A DNA stretch of 64,000 bases from NCBI RefSeq assembly GCF_044647545.1, contig NZ_CP172818.1; one strand, 5' to 3'. The notes under the pieces are model-generated. The model made no database searches, was not told where the DNA came from, and was given only the letters and a program-made list of their open reading frames with translations. Source of the DNA: Escherichia coli (lineage in GTDB: Bacteria > Pseudomonadota > Gammaproteobacteria > Enterobacterales > Enterobacteriaceae). Made by a program: the position numbers and the translations under genes. This document shows positions 24,336 to 36,400 of this stretch, piece after piece (position 1 is the first letter of the stretch; each line of letters begins with the position of its first letter).

Positions 24336-24383
24336 GACACCTTAATATTTTTATTATTAGCCACTTGCTCGTCTTGCTTGTTA

Positions 24384-25418
24384 TTAGTCGTATTTCACGT
24401 TGATTAATGCGGTTGCCTCCAGTGCGCCAGATTTAACTTTGTTTGTATCGTAGACGTAGTAACTGGCTGTTATCGGAATTGAAACCGTTGTATCTGTAAG
24501 TTTTGACTTCGCCGCAACTTCCTTTAAATTTGTATATCCTTTACTGCTGTTAGTGATATTTAAAAGTGTGACTGGCGAACCATTACTTTCAAGAATAAAT
24601 CCTACGCCATTATCTTCCGCACCTTTCAGTATTGTGTTGCTGTTGGTTAACAAGTCAGAACTTGATAAATACACCTGCATTTTCCGTGATGTTTGATTTT
24701 GTTGACCTAATAAATTTTTACAACGCAGAATAATATCCCCTTGTTTACTATTTATTGTTGCTTTGTTACCTGTGGCTGGTAATTGTGAAACGGGAATACT
24801 GTCTAAAGTAATTAATAAATCGTCCGGTTTGCAGGTTGTGGTTATCGGGTTGTATGACAATGTCAGATTAAAGGAATAGACACCTGCATTTTGTGCCAAT
24901 GCATTTCTGTAGCTATTTACACATGCATCCCATGACTTGCCACCTAATAAACACAGTAGAAATTGTACTGCGGCACTCCCGCGTGTCGATGATGAAGCAC
25001 TGGATAATGTCGCAACACCATTAATCATCACTGAACCGCCGCCCCCCGCAGAAACATTCACTTTTGCATTACTGGCCGCAGGTGTCACCGTAACTGAATA
25101 ACCACTGGTGAAACTGGTCTGATTATTTGACAACGTGATGTTGTTTTTATTGGTCCATTCAAAATGTAAATTTAATTTTATGGTATCGTTATAAAGTCCA
25201 ACAATAATATCCGACGGGCTCATAGGGGTGATAGTATTTGTACTTACGCATGACGAATCATTAAAATTATGCTCATATGTCGCCATTTGTGTTTGAGTAA
25301 GTGCAAAATCCCCCTGAACAACCAAGTTGTGCTGAACAGATAACTCACTATAACATGCCGCATAGCTCACAGGCATAACCATCATCATTAATATAAATAG
25401 CATTATGCGAATTTCCAT
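24384..25418 (-). CDS. yehA: Fimbrial adhesin-like protein YehA (chaperone-usher pathway)
   Basis: 344 aa; signal peptide; last gene of yehDCBA. Confidence 0.85.
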   Translation of the reverse strand: MEIRIMLFILMMMVMPVSYAACYSELSVQHNLVVQGDFALTQTQMATYEHNFNDSSCVSTNTITPMSPSDIIVGLYNDTIKLNLHFEWTNKNNITLSNNQTSFTSGYSVTVTPAASNAKVNVSAGGGGSVMINGVATLSSASSSTRGSAAVQFLLCLLGGKSWDACVNSYRNALAQNAGVYSFNLTLSYNPITTTCKPDDLLITLDSIPVSQLPATGNKATINSKQGDIILRCKNLLGQQNQTSRKMQVYLSSSDLLTNSNTILKGAEDNGVGFILESNGSPVTLLNITNSSKGYTNLKEVAAKSKLTDTTVSIPITASYYVYDTNKVKSGALEATALINVKYD

Positions 25419-25433
25419 AGAACCACCTGACTA

Positions 25434-27928
25434 TTACTGGCAAATATAATTTCTACTTTCATCAATCTCTTTACCGAAGGTGATTGTGCATGAAAGTCCT
25501 TGTTGCTTATCAATTGCTACATTAACCGATGGCGGTACTTCATTGGTGCGAATAAATAACTGGCTTCCCTGGCCGACAACACCAATATTATGACCATGGA
25601 TATCATTGACTTCATAACCAAACGTTAATGGTTGCCCATCCGCTCTTAACGCTTTTATAAACCATGGCTTGCGCTGATCGGTATCAAAATTAACCAGTAC
25701 AACCGCGCCGCGATAAGGGGCGGCAATTTTCCGGTTGCCACGTAATTCTGCTTCGCTATCGCTTTGCGACACATCCAGCATCAGGTGATTTTCCCGATAA
25801 GGTGTCATTCCGTCGTATACCACCACTCCATTACGGTTTGTTGTGCGATATTTTTGCCCATTGACATAAGCATCTTTAATTCCTGGCGCATTCATTACAG
25901 CAAACGTTTCGGAAAGACGGTTCGCCAGATTAACGCCACCCGACCAGGCGACAATGCCCCCTGAAACACTGGCTCCAGCCTGTCGATAAGTACTCGACTG
26001 ACTATAACTGCCATTCACCGTTGCCACCGGCGCGTTCCAGGTTAAATTAGCTCCAGCTGTCGTTTCATTTCCCTGATGCTGATGACTCAGGTTGACCCCA
26101 TAGTTAAATTGATCCCGGCTTCCAACGGTTCCCGATAATCCCGTATTATTTGAGGCAAAACCCTGATCATCAAACGTCGTTGAGTTAGACATATATATTT
26201 GCCGACGAGGCGTCGTAGCGTCATCACCCCAATCAAAGGGAATCGATATAAAAATATTAAAACGTTTCTCTTCATGATGATTCTCGTCATAAGCCTGGCT
26301 TGCCGCGAGGGTATAGCTTATCCGTCGCAGGTTGTTGGAATAACTCAACTGATAATCCTTACTGCTGCCGCTACGCCCCCAGTAATCTCGCCATAACGTA
26401 CTTAAGGACACAGAACCCCAGCCTTCTGGCAATGACTGGCTCATATTGGCAGAAAAGCTATTTTTACGGCCAAAATCGTTCTGGTAATAATCGGCAATGT
26501 CATAGATATCGTTTTCATCACGGCGATATTTATCTTTATTGTTTGCCCAAACGTGATCGTTAAATGTCCGGTAATCACGCGACGAATAACGCCAGGCCGC
26601 CAGACCAAAACGCGTCGACGTTTGGCTCACAAATTTGTTGTAGGCAATTTGATAACTTTGCCCGTCAAACACATCGCCGTTGTCTTGTTTACTATGCGAC
26701 TTCGTGGCATCGACGGAAATGGCACCAATGCGTGTATTCCAGCCAGTCCCCAAAGTGAACGCGTAATAATTATTCGCGACCATCGATCCGCCATACAGCG
26801 TCAATAAGTTATTAAAACCATACTGATAACCCGCCTGAACAAAATCACTTTGTTTGCTCGCCCCTTCAATATGGCTACGACCTGCCGCAAAATCATATTT
26901 CGACACGCCGGGTTGCAGCATATTCGGCACCGCTGCATAAGGCACCAGATAGGTGGTTACCGAACCGTCCGCCTCTTTCACGCTGACATCAAGATCTGCT
27001 CCACCACCGGCCAACTGCAAATCTGTAATCGCAAACGGGCCAGGAGGAACCTCTTTCTGATAAACCACAAAACCGTTCTGTTCAATAGTTACCAGCGCGT
27101 TACTCTGAGCAATCCCCTGCACCCGTGGAGTAAAATTTTGTTTCGAGTTAGGCAACATCTGCATATCACGAAACAACCGCACACCGCTGAAGCGAACAGA
27201 ATCAAAAATATCGCTTGATGTGTACATATCACCCACGCGAAGCGTGCCGAGAAGTTGGGCAAATCCACGTTCCAGATACAGGGTATTGCTTTTCCACACC
27301 CCTGGATTGCTATTTGTTTTACTGAAACTGGCATCAGAATGCAGTTGCCACCCCAGTAAGTTTAACCCGCTGTTAAAACGTACATATGTACTCTTGCTAT
27401 TACCCGACGCTTTATAGTCGCTGTAATACTGACTCACATAATAAGAGGTATAAAACGCATTAATACCCCGCTCCCAGTTTTCCGGTGGAACATAGCCACT
27501 TTCCAGTTCTTCCACCCACGCCTGCGGGACACTGAAATCGAGACGAAAAACTCCGATATCCCAGGTATAGCTCCCCCCTGAACAAGTTGCTCAAATGTTA
27601 AACATTGCTTACCGCTGGCAAAGTTATCGGTATTAATGCCTAACCGCTTGATAATTTCCCTTGATATACATGTTTCTTGCAGGTTGTCTTTAACAATAAT
27701 CTCATATTTCCCGCGCCATTGCTTATTGACATAAATATCGATGTCATACTGCCCCGGCAAGGGTTGATTATCATCAAGACGAATATTTGCAACCTGCTGG
27801 TCTTTCATTCCACCTATCATAAAATGGGTATCAAAGGTTTCTTCAGCTGCATAAGCTTCAATGCCGAGCAATAACGCTACGATTGCTGATGCAAGTGGGG
27901 TCATTCTCAACATAGGCAGCTCCTGCAA
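25434..27928 (-). pseudogene. yehB: Outer-membrane fimbrial usher YehB, disrupted by a single-base frameshift in a homopolymer (or sequencing error)
   Basis: Two ORFs in different frames (27434..27928 N-terminal fragment, 25434..27515 remainder); frame switches at C6 run 27573-27578 (minus-strand G6); restoring one G gives continuous ...FEQLVQGG-SYTWDIGVFRLDFSVPQAWVEELESGY... Confidence 0.8.
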
Positions 27929-28603
27929 TTAAATTTTGTCACTAATATAGTTGCCATGGTCATCGATAATGGTCAGATGCCAGTTATTCGCATTATTACT
28001 TTTGACATTAATACTCTGACTTTCTAAGGGGGCAATCATAATAGTTTCATAATTGACTTTGACATTATTAGCTTTGACATCCGAAATCGTCACCCAATTT
28101 GCTGAGTCATTTTTTATCACCAATCCATTGCCACTGCGATTTACCAGTAACTTTTTAAATGTCGCTTTATTTACCGGTGCAATACCCGCAGGCCGGTAAA
28201 ACAATTTGATTCTGTTTTGCATTGCAAATTTCAGTGCATTCTTGCCCTCTTGCTCTGGACTATTTGGTGGAATATCCAGAACATTCAGATAAAAAATGCT
28301 CTCTTTATTAGTGGGCAGTTTATTCGGCATAATTTTGATTTTTACTTGCTGCCCGGAATTTGCCCCTATTTTTGCCACTGGTGGCGTTAACATGAAAGGA
28401 ACCTGAATTTTTTCTGGTGGTAACGACGTATCGCCATCATCAATCCACGCCTGCAGCAGCGAAGAACGGTTTCCCTGGTTCATCAACTGCACCATCACTT
28501 CTTTATTTTCTGCCGGGTAAATAATGCGCGTCCCATAGATAACAATTCCGGCATGCGCAGGAAGGACCATAGAAGAAATGAGTAAAGCTAATAATCCTTT
28601 CAT
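27929..28603 (-). CDS. yehC: Periplasmic fimbrial chaperone YehC (PapD-like)
   Basis: 224 aa; signal peptide; PapD-like chaperone. Confidence 0.88.
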   Translation of the reverse strand: MKGLLALLISSMVLPAHAGIVIYGTRIIYPAENKEVMVQLMNQGNRSSLLQAWIDDGDTSLPPEKIQVPFMLTPPVAKIGANSGQQVKIKIMPNKLPTNKESIFYLNVLDIPPNSPEQEGKNALKFAMQNRIKLFYRPAGIAPVNKATFKKLLVNRSGNGLVIKNDSANWVTISDVKANNVKVNYETIMIAPLESQSINVKSNNANNWHLTIIDDHGNYISDKI

Positions 28604-28683
28604 CTTAATGCCTCTTAAATTAAAAGGCCGCCATGGGGATAGCGGCCATGTTTATTACCTGGAGAAACTTGAAATTTTATTTA

Positions 28684-29226
28684 TTAATCCTGCGCCACAC
28701 GCATAACCAGAGAAGATAACACATCACCTGATTGCACTGAATTATCTGTCAGCTTCAGGTATTTTGCTTTAAACGGAATAGCATATTGACCTTCCGCTGT
28801 TTTATAACTCTCAATGTTAAAAGGTGCAGAAACATCCAGGACATCGCTGTTATCACCTAAATAGAGATAGTACCCCACGGTATCGTTGCTACTGGCTATC
28901 GCCTTATCGTTTCCGGTTATTTTCTCGTTGGTAATCAACGAGAGTTTTACACCAGCAACTTCTTTCGGACAGCTAATTTTTAACATGCTGCTGGTTACAC
29001 CGACTGCATCATCATAGGTCGAGTATTTAGCTTTACCTTCAAAGACAGTGGTTGGTACAGTTGGCATATTAATACTTACTGAATCGCCACCCGCTTCGAA
29101 TTTACACGGAGATTCTGCAATATTCCCTTTAATGGTTAATGTTCCGGTATCAACGTCTGCGGCAAATACCCCAGCGCTCATAAAAAAAGAAGAAAAGACA
29201 GCGGCAGCAATAATTGAACGTTTCAT
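28684..29226 (-). CDS. yehD: Fimbrial major subunit-like protein YehD
   Basis: 180 aa; signal peptide (MKRSIIAAAVFSSFFMSAGVFA), pilin fold with conserved Cys pair. Confidence 0.88.
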   Translation of the reverse strand: MKRSIIAAAVFSSFFMSAGVFAADVDTGTLTIKGNIAESPCKFEAGGDSVSINMPTVPTTVFEGKAKYSTYDDAVGVTSSMLKISCPKEVAGVKLSLITNEKITGNDKAIASSNDTVGYYLYLGDNSDVLDVSAPFNIESYKTAEGQYAIPFKAKYLKLTDNSVQSGDVLSSLVMRVAQD

Positions 29227-29521
29227 AATATGTTCCTTAATAAAATTTATTTTTTGGTTGTTAAGAGTCTGTATCTCTTGGAAACAAATTTCTCACATCA
29301 AAAAAGTTGCCGCAATGTAAACATATTGTTTTATTGATTTAAAACAAATTAACTATTGCAATATAAATACAACAAATACTTAAGCATATTAAATATTTAT
29401 CACATCTATTAATTAATGCAGATTTTTGTAAATGATATTATTGATATCAATAAAAAAGCTGAAATCATTCACACGAATGATTTCAGCTTTCTAAATCCGA
29501 TTAAAAAACCAGGGTGGCAAA

Positions 29522-29803
29522 TTAATCGTAGCGATTTAACACGATTCGACGTTTGCTATCGCTACCTGCAACAACCACTTCTGTCGTTACACCTTTGACT
29601 GGCGAAGAAACCTGATGACGGGTATCAACATCATACGTTAACTGACCACAATGCTGTTGAGGTTGTCCATTAACCATAGCCATACTGCATGTTGGGGGAC
29701 TGATCCTGCCATTAATCGTTAATGTGGCAGTCTGTGAAGAGAACGCGGGAGAAGCCATTCCATAGGCAAGAAAAATAATTCCTGACAGCCAGTACTTATT
29801 CAT
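29522..29803 (-). CDS. yehE: Small secreted protein YehE (DUF2574)
   Basis: 93 aa; signal peptide; upstream of yehD in AT-rich region; hairpin terminator at ~29458-29490. Confidence 0.75.
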   Translation of the reverse strand: MNKYWLSGIIFLAYGMASPAFSSQTATLTINGRISPPTCSMAMVNGQPQQHCGQLTYDVDTRHQVSSPVKGVTTEVVVAGSDSKRRIVLNRYD

Positions 29804-30065
29804 TGAACGTTATCCCTGTAGTAAAGGTTATGCCTGGATAGAATGAGTGCATAACAAACTATAGCTGTACATCCACTACACAGCCACGAAGGATGATAAT
29901 GAAGCATTGCCTGTACGATCAATCGACTTTATAGAGTTTCGGACGAAGGTCCGCAGAATATTTGCAGCATTAAATAAGTGTTCATTAATGCGGCAAAAAC
30001 AAATACACCGCATCAATGTAACATCTCTGCGGTGTATGAAAAGCAACCAAAAAGGTTAATACGCG

Positions 30066-31175
30066 TTAGACCGCGCGGAAGGAAATCTCGCCAGGAATGA
30101 CTTCTCCCTGCCAATAAAGCTGGGCTGCAACGCGGTCAGCCAGCTGGCGGTAGATAGCGGTAAATTCGCTCTCCGGACGGCTGATAACCGTTGGCGTGCC
30201 TTTATCGAGATCTTCACGTAAGGAGATGTGTAACGGCATCTGCCCCAGCAACTGCGTGTGGTATTTCTCGGCCAGTTTCTCTGCACCACCGGTACCGAAA
30301 ATCGGTTCATGGTGACCACAGTTACTGCAAATATGCACACTCATGTTCTCGACAATACCGAGCACCGGAACCTCGACTTTCTCGAACATCACAATGCCTT
30401 TTTTCGCATCGATCAACGCAATGTCCTGCGGGGTGGTGACCACTACCGCGCCAGTTACTGGAATGTTTTGTGCCAGTGTCAATTGAATGTCACCAGTGCC
30501 TGGCGGCATATCAAGCACCAGATAGTCGAGATCCGGCCACAAGGTTTCCTGCAACATTTGCATTAACGCCTTGCTCGCCATCGGACCACGCCACACCATC
30601 GCATTGTCGTCAGTGACCAGATAACCAATTGAATTGGTTGCAAGGCCATGAGACATAATCGGTGCCATGTGGGTACCGTCCGGCGAAGTTGGACGCTGAT
30701 TTTCTGCACCCAGCATGGTGGGTATTGATGGGCCGTAGATATCGGCGTCCAGAATGCCGACTTTCGCCCCTTCCGCCGCGAGTGCCAACGCCAGGTTTAC
30801 CGCCGTGGAAGATTTACCCACGCCGCCTTTACCGGAACTGACCGCAATGATGTTCTTCACGCCATTAATACCCGGCTGATTCTTCACGCGTTTTAAGGTG
30901 GCGATATTGTGCGACAGTTTCCAGTCGATAGCTTTCGCCCCGGTGATACGAAGCAGTTCGGCGCTACATTGCTCTTTTAACTCTTCGAACGCGCTATGCC
31001 AGACGAATGGCATAACCAGTTCCACATGCAACGTGTCGTCCATCCAGGCGACATGGTGCAACGCTTTCAGCGTGGTGAGGTTATGCTTCAGGGTTGGGTG
31101 CTGAAAATTGGCCAGTGTCCCGGCGACCATTGCGCGCAAGGCTTCTGGTGATTTGGCCTGGGATTGTTCGTTCAT
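30066..31175 (-). CDS. mrp: Fe-S cluster carrier ATPase Mrp/ApbC
   Basis: 369 aa from MNEQSQAKSPEALRAM; deviant Walker A (SGKGGVGKSS), C-terminal CxxC; divergent from metG. Confidence 0.92.
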   Translation of the reverse strand: MNEQSQAKSPEALRAMVAGTLANFQHPTLKHNLTTLKALHHVAWMDDTLHVELVMPFVWHSAFEELKEQCSAELLRITGAKAIDWKLSHNIATLKRVKNQPGINGVKNIIAVSSGKGGVGKSSTAVNLALALAAEGAKVGILDADIYGPSIPTMLGAENQRPTSPDGTHMAPIMSHGLATNSIGYLVTDDNAMVWRGPMASKALMQMLQETLWPDLDYLVLDMPPGTGDIQLTLAQNIPVTGAVVVTTPQDIALIDAKKGIVMFEKVEVPVLGIVENMSVHICSNCGHHEPIFGTGGAEKLAEKYHTQLLGQMPLHISLREDLDKGTPTVISRPESEFTAIYRQLADRVAAQLYWQGEVIPGEISFRAV

Positions 31176-31306
31176 CCCGACTCCTTTTTTGTATAGATAA
31201 ACCATCAGCTGATAGTTTACCTGAAGAATATAGAGAAGTACTTACTTAACATTTTCCCATTTGGTACTATCTAACCCCTTTTCACTATTAAGAAGTAATG
31301 CCTACT

Positions 31307-33340
31307 ATGACTCAAGTCGCGAAGAAAATTCTGGTGACGTGCGCACTGCCGTACGCTAACGGCTCAATCCACCTCGGCCATATGCTGGAGCACATCCAGG
31401 CTGATGTCTGGGTCCGTTACCAGCGAATGCGCGGCCACGAGGTCAACTTCATCTGCGCCGACGATGCCCACGGTACACCGATCATGCTGAAAGCTCAGCA
31501 GCTCGGTATCACCCCGGAGCAGATGATTGGCGAAATGAGTCAGGAGCATCAGACTGATTTCGCAGGCTTTAACATCAGCTATGACAACTATCACTCGACG
31601 CACAGTGAAGAGAACCGCCAGTTGTCAGAACTTATCTACTCTCGCCTGAAAGAAAACGGTTTTATTAAAAACCGCACTATTTCTCAGCTGTACGATCCGG
31701 AAAAAGGCATGTTCCTGCCGGACCGTTTTGTGAAAGGCACCTGCCCGAAATGTAAATCCCCGGATCAATACGGCGATAACTGCGAAGTCTGCGGCGCGAC
31801 CTACAGCCCGACTGAATTGATCGAGCCGAAATCGGTGGTTTCTGGCGCTACGCCGGTAATGCGTGATTCTGAACACTTCTTCTTTGATCTGCCCTCTTTC
31901 AGCGAAATGTTGCAGGCATGGACCCGCAGCGGTGCGTTGCAGGAGCAGGTGGCAAATAAAATGCAGGAGTGGTTTGAATCCGGCCTGCAACAGTGGGATA
32001 TCTCCCGCGACGCGCCGTACTTCGGTTTTGAAATTCCGAACGCGCCGGGTAAATATTTCTACGTCTGGCTGGATGCGCCGATTGGCTATATGGGTTCTTT
32101 CAAGAATCTGTGCGACAAGCGCGGCGACAGCGTAAGCTTCGATGAATACTGGAAGAAAGACTCCACCGCCGAGCTGTACCACTTCATCGGTAAAGATATT
32201 GTTTACTTCCACAGCCTGTTCTGGCCAGCAATGCTGGAAGGCAGCAACTTCCGCAAGCCGACCAACCTGTTTGTTCATGGCTATGTGACGGTGAACGGCG
32301 CGAAGATGTCTAAGTCTCGCGGTACCTTTATTAAGGCCAGCACCTGGCTGAATCATTTTGACGCCGACAGCCTGCGTTACTACTACACTGCGAAACTCTC
32401 TTCGCGCATTGATGATATCGATCTCAACCTGGAAGATTTCGTTCAGCGCGTGAATGCCGATATCGTTAACAAAGTGGTTAACCTGGCCTCTCGTAATGCG
32501 GGCTTTATCAACAAGCGTTTTGACGGCGTGCTGGCAAGCGAACTGGCTGACCCGCAGTTGTACAAAACCTTCACTGATGCCGCTGAAGTGATTGGTGAAG
32601 CGTGGGAAAGCCGCGAATTTGGTAAAGCAGTACGCGAAATCATGGCGCTGGCTGATCTGGCTAACCGCTATGTCGATGAACAGGCTCCGTGGGTGGTGGC
32701 AAAACAGGAAGGCCGCGATGCCGACCTGCAGGCAATTTGCTCAATGGGCATAAACCTGTTCCGCGTGCTGATGACTTACCTGAAGCCGGTACTGCCGAAA
32801 CTGACCGAGCGCGCAGAAGCATTCCTCAATACAGAACTGACCTGGGATGGTATCCAGCAACCGCTGCTGGGCCACAAAGTGAATCCGTTCAAAGCGCTGT
32901 ATAACCGCATCGATATGAAGCAGGTTGAAGCACTGGTGGAAGCGTCTAAAGAAGAAGTGAAAGCAGCTGCCGCGCCAATTACTGGCCCACTGGCAGATGA
33001 TCCGATTCAGGAAACCATCACCTTTGACGACTTCGCCAAAGTTGACCTGCGCGTGGCGCTGATCGAAAACGCAGAGTTTGTTGAAGGTTCTGACAAACTG
33101 CTGCGCCTGACGCTGGATCTCGGCGGTGAAAAACGCAATGTCTTCTCCGGCATTCGTTCTGCTTACCCGGATCCGCAGGCACTGATTGGTCGTCACACCA
33201 TTATGGTGGCTAACCTGGCACCACGTAAAATGCGCTTCGGTATCTCCGAAGGCATGGTGATGGCTGCCGGTCCTGGCGGGAAAGATATCTTCCTGCTAAG
33301 CCCGGATGCTGGTGCTAAACCGGGTCATCAGGTGAAATAA
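31307..33340 (+). CDS. metG: Methionyl-tRNA synthetase
   Basis: 677 aa from [28 protein letters not shown] (HIGH motif), KMSKS present, Zn knuckle CPKC...CEVC, C-terminal tRNA-binding domain. Confidence 0.95.
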   Translation: MTQVAKKILVTCALPYANGSIHLGHMLEHIQADVWVRYQRMRGHEVNFICADDAHGTPIMLKAQQLGITPEQMIGEMSQEHQTDFAGFNISYDNYHSTHSEENRQLSELIYSRLKENGFIKNRTISQLYDPEKGMFLPDRFVKGTCPKCKSPDQYGDNCEVCGATYSPTELIEPKSVVSGATPVMRDSEHFFFDLPSFSEMLQAWTRSGALQEQVANKMQEWFESGLQQWDISRDAPYFGFEIPNAPGKYFYVWLDAPIGYMGSFKNLCDKRGDSVSFDEYWKKDSTAELYHFIGKDIVYFHSLFWPAMLEGSNFRKPTNLFVHGYVTVNGAKMSKSRGTFIKASTWLNHFDADSLRYYYTAKLSSRIDDIDLNLEDFVQRVNADIVNKVVNLASRNAGFINKRFDGVLASELADPQLYKTFTDAAEVIGEAWESREFGKAVREIMALADLANRYVDEQAPWVVAKQEGRDADLQAICSMGINLFRVLMTYLKPVLPKLTERAEAFLNTELTWDGIQQPLLGHKVNPFKALYNRIDMKQVEALVEASKEEVKAAAAPITGPLADDPIQETITFDDFAKVDLRVALIENAEFVEGSDKLLRLTLDLGGEKRNVFSGIRSAYPDPQALIGRHTIMVANLAPRKMRFGISEGMVMAAGPGGKDIFLLSPDAGAKPGHQVK

Positions 33341-33348
33341 TCCCCCTT

Positions 33349-33380
33349 CAAGGCGCTGCATCGACAGCGCCTTTTCTTTA
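33349..33380 (+). terminator. Rho-independent terminator of metG
   Basis: AAGGCGCTG-CATCGAC-AGCGCCTT hairpin followed by TTCTTTA. Confidence 0.7.
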
Positions 33381-33480
33381 TAAATTCCTAAAGTTGTTTT
33401 CTTGCGATTTTGTCTCTCTCTAACCCGCATAAATACTGGTAGCATCAGCATTCAACTGGATAAAATTACAGGGATGCAGA

Positions 33481-36400
33481 ATGAAACACTTTATCTATCA
33501 GGACGAAAAATCACATAAATTCTGGGCGGTGGAGCAGCAGGGAAACGAGTTGCATATCTGTTGGGGAAAAGTTGGCACCAAAGGGCAAAACCAGGTAAAA
33601 AGTTTTGCGGATGCTGCGGCGGCGGAAAAAGCGGAGCTGAAGCTGATTGCGGAGAAGGTGAAGAAGGGATATGTGGAGCAAGCGAAGGATAATTCTTTGC
33701 AACCTTCCCAAACGGTAACGGACTCTCTCAAGGTAGCGGACTTATCCACCATTATTCAGGAACAACCCTCTTTCGTAGCAGAAACCCGTGCGGCTGACAA
33801 AAATACAGACGTTATTTTACCGTGGCTGGCAAAAGATATTGCTGTCGTTTTTCCGCTTGAAGTCGTACCCACCACCTTAAGCCATCGCCGCTTTCCCGGA
33901 GATCCTGTTACACCTGTAGATAAATTAACCCAGTTACGTCGCTTAGCCTGTGGCGTGTCGCAACGGGATAACAAAACAGCTACATTTGACTTCAGCGCCT
34001 GTACTTTAGAGTGGCAAAACTTCATCGCTCAGGCGATCGATCTGATTAACAGCCCGAAAACGACAAAATTACCATCACCGGTAATGGCTGTACTCGCGGC
34101 ACTTGAACTGCACTGTACGAGATATAAAGAGCGTGAGGATGTTATGGATCAGATTATTCAGGAAGGCGGTCTGGAATATGCTACTGATGTAATAATACAT
34201 CTTCAACAAATATCTATTGAATGGGATTATGTCAACAATAATATTGTTTTCCTGTCGTCTGGCATTTCACCTGATTACTTGCAGCAATATTCCAGCTTTG
34301 AATTACGCCTACGTAAACATTTATCACTGGCGGAAGAGTCTCTCTGGCAAAAATGTGCACAAAAACTTATTGCCGCAGTTCCACATATTCCAGAATGGCG
34401 GCAACCATTAATTGCTTTGTTATTACCCGAAAAACCAGAAATTGCACATGAAATTGCCCAGCGTCTACTGGGGCAAAAGAAATTACCCTCGCTTGAGTGG
34501 CTAAAAATAGTGGCGACTGATGAGCACATTCTTGCCTCATTAGAAAAATATCACGAGCCATATGCCATTTTTGATGATTACTATTGTGGTGCGATATGGT
34601 CAGCCACCGTATTACAGGAGCAAGGTGTTGCAGCCCTGCCCCGATTTGCACCCTATGTCGCAAGTGACTACTGCGCCGATGTGTTGAGTCATATCAATCA
34701 TCCGTTCGCATTAACACTGCTTATACGTGTAGCCGGGCATACTAAACGCTGTCACGATCGAATGACGAAAGCCTGCGCTGCGTTCCCACACGCAGCACTG
34801 GCAGCACTGGCGGAACTTCTAGTGCAAAAAGAAGAGAATAGTTGGCGCATTATGCTAATGACGATGCTTATCTCGCAACCTACACTAGCAGAACAGGTCA
34901 TTCCCTGGCTTTCGACACCCGCAGTTGCAGTGCTGAAATCATGCCAGCAACAACTGAAACAGCCCTCAAACCATGCCAGTGCCGATCTACTGCCGGCCAT
35001 AGTAGTCTCCCCACCATGGCTTTCGAAAAAGAAAAAATCGCCGATTCCGGTGCTTGATTTAGCACCGCTCAACCTCGAATCCATATGCACAATAACCGAC
35101 ACAGAAGCTAAAGAGTTTCAAACTCATTGGGACTGGGAACCGCATAAGCCAGGTGAAGGTGCTAAAGATTTCCTTTACTCGCTGGGGTATCGCCGCTGGG
35201 ATTTTGACACATATAAATATATCGGCGCTTCTGACTCGGCAATTGACGCATGGGAACGTGAGGACTTCGCTACACTCATCCAAATGTTTAAAGCCCACCA
35301 TGCACCGTATCAGGGGGAGTGGCATCTCAACTCACTTCCCTTTTTACCTATGCAAAAAGCGATTAAACTATGGGAATTTCTCAGCAAAGAGCCGCATACC
35401 GCGGTAAAACCTGTCATGCTTTATTTGCGACTGGCAGGTATGAGTGGTTTTCTACACTCGTTTTCACGCTACCCTCAAGAAGGTTTTGCGGTTGCTAATT
35501 ATTTTGCCGCAACGGAACTGGCTCCTGCCGTCGCCCGCGCCTTTAACAAACTCAAAACTCTACGACAAGACGCCCGCACCTGGCTGCTGAAATATCCGGA
35601 ACATGCCATTACCGGCCTGTTGCCTGCGGCACTCGGCAAAGCCGGTGAATCCCAGGATAACGCCCGTGCCGCTTTACGTATGTTGATTGAAAATGGTTAT
35701 CCGTCATTACTGCAAGAAATCGCCCAGCGTTATAACCAGCCGGAAGTAACCGATGCGGTGAACGCTCTACTTGCGCTCGATCCCTTAGATAATCACCCGA
35801 CTAAAATCCCGACACTTCCGGCCTTTTATCAGCCATCGCTCTGGACGCGCCCGGTATTAAAAGCAAACGCCCAATCACTGCCAGATAGCGCCCTCTTCCA
35901 CCTCGGTGAAATGCTCCGCTTCCCTCAGGAAGATACGCTGTATCCGGGGTTATTACAGGTGAAAGACGCCTGTACTGCCGACTCACTGGCTGAGTTTGCC
36001 TGGGATCTGTTTACCGCCTGGCAGACCGCTGGCGTGCCGTCGAAAGAGAGCTGGGCGTTCACTGCATTAGGTGTTCTTGGCAACGGTGACACCGCCCGCA
36101 AACTGACGCCATTAATCCGCGCCTGGCCTGGCGAATCTCAGCATAAACGTGCCACCGTTGGGTTGGATATTCTCGCTGCTATCGGCAGCGATATCGCCCT
36201 GATGCAGCTTAACGGCATCGCCCAGAAACTGAAATTCAAAGCCTTACAGGAGCGGGCGAAAGAAAAAATTGCCGACATTGCCGAAAGTCGCGAACTCACA
36301 GTGGCAGAACTTGAAGATCGGTTAGCACCGGATCTCGGTCTGGATGATAACGGTTCGCTGCTGCTGGATTTCGGGCCACGGCAGTTCACCGTCAGCTTTG

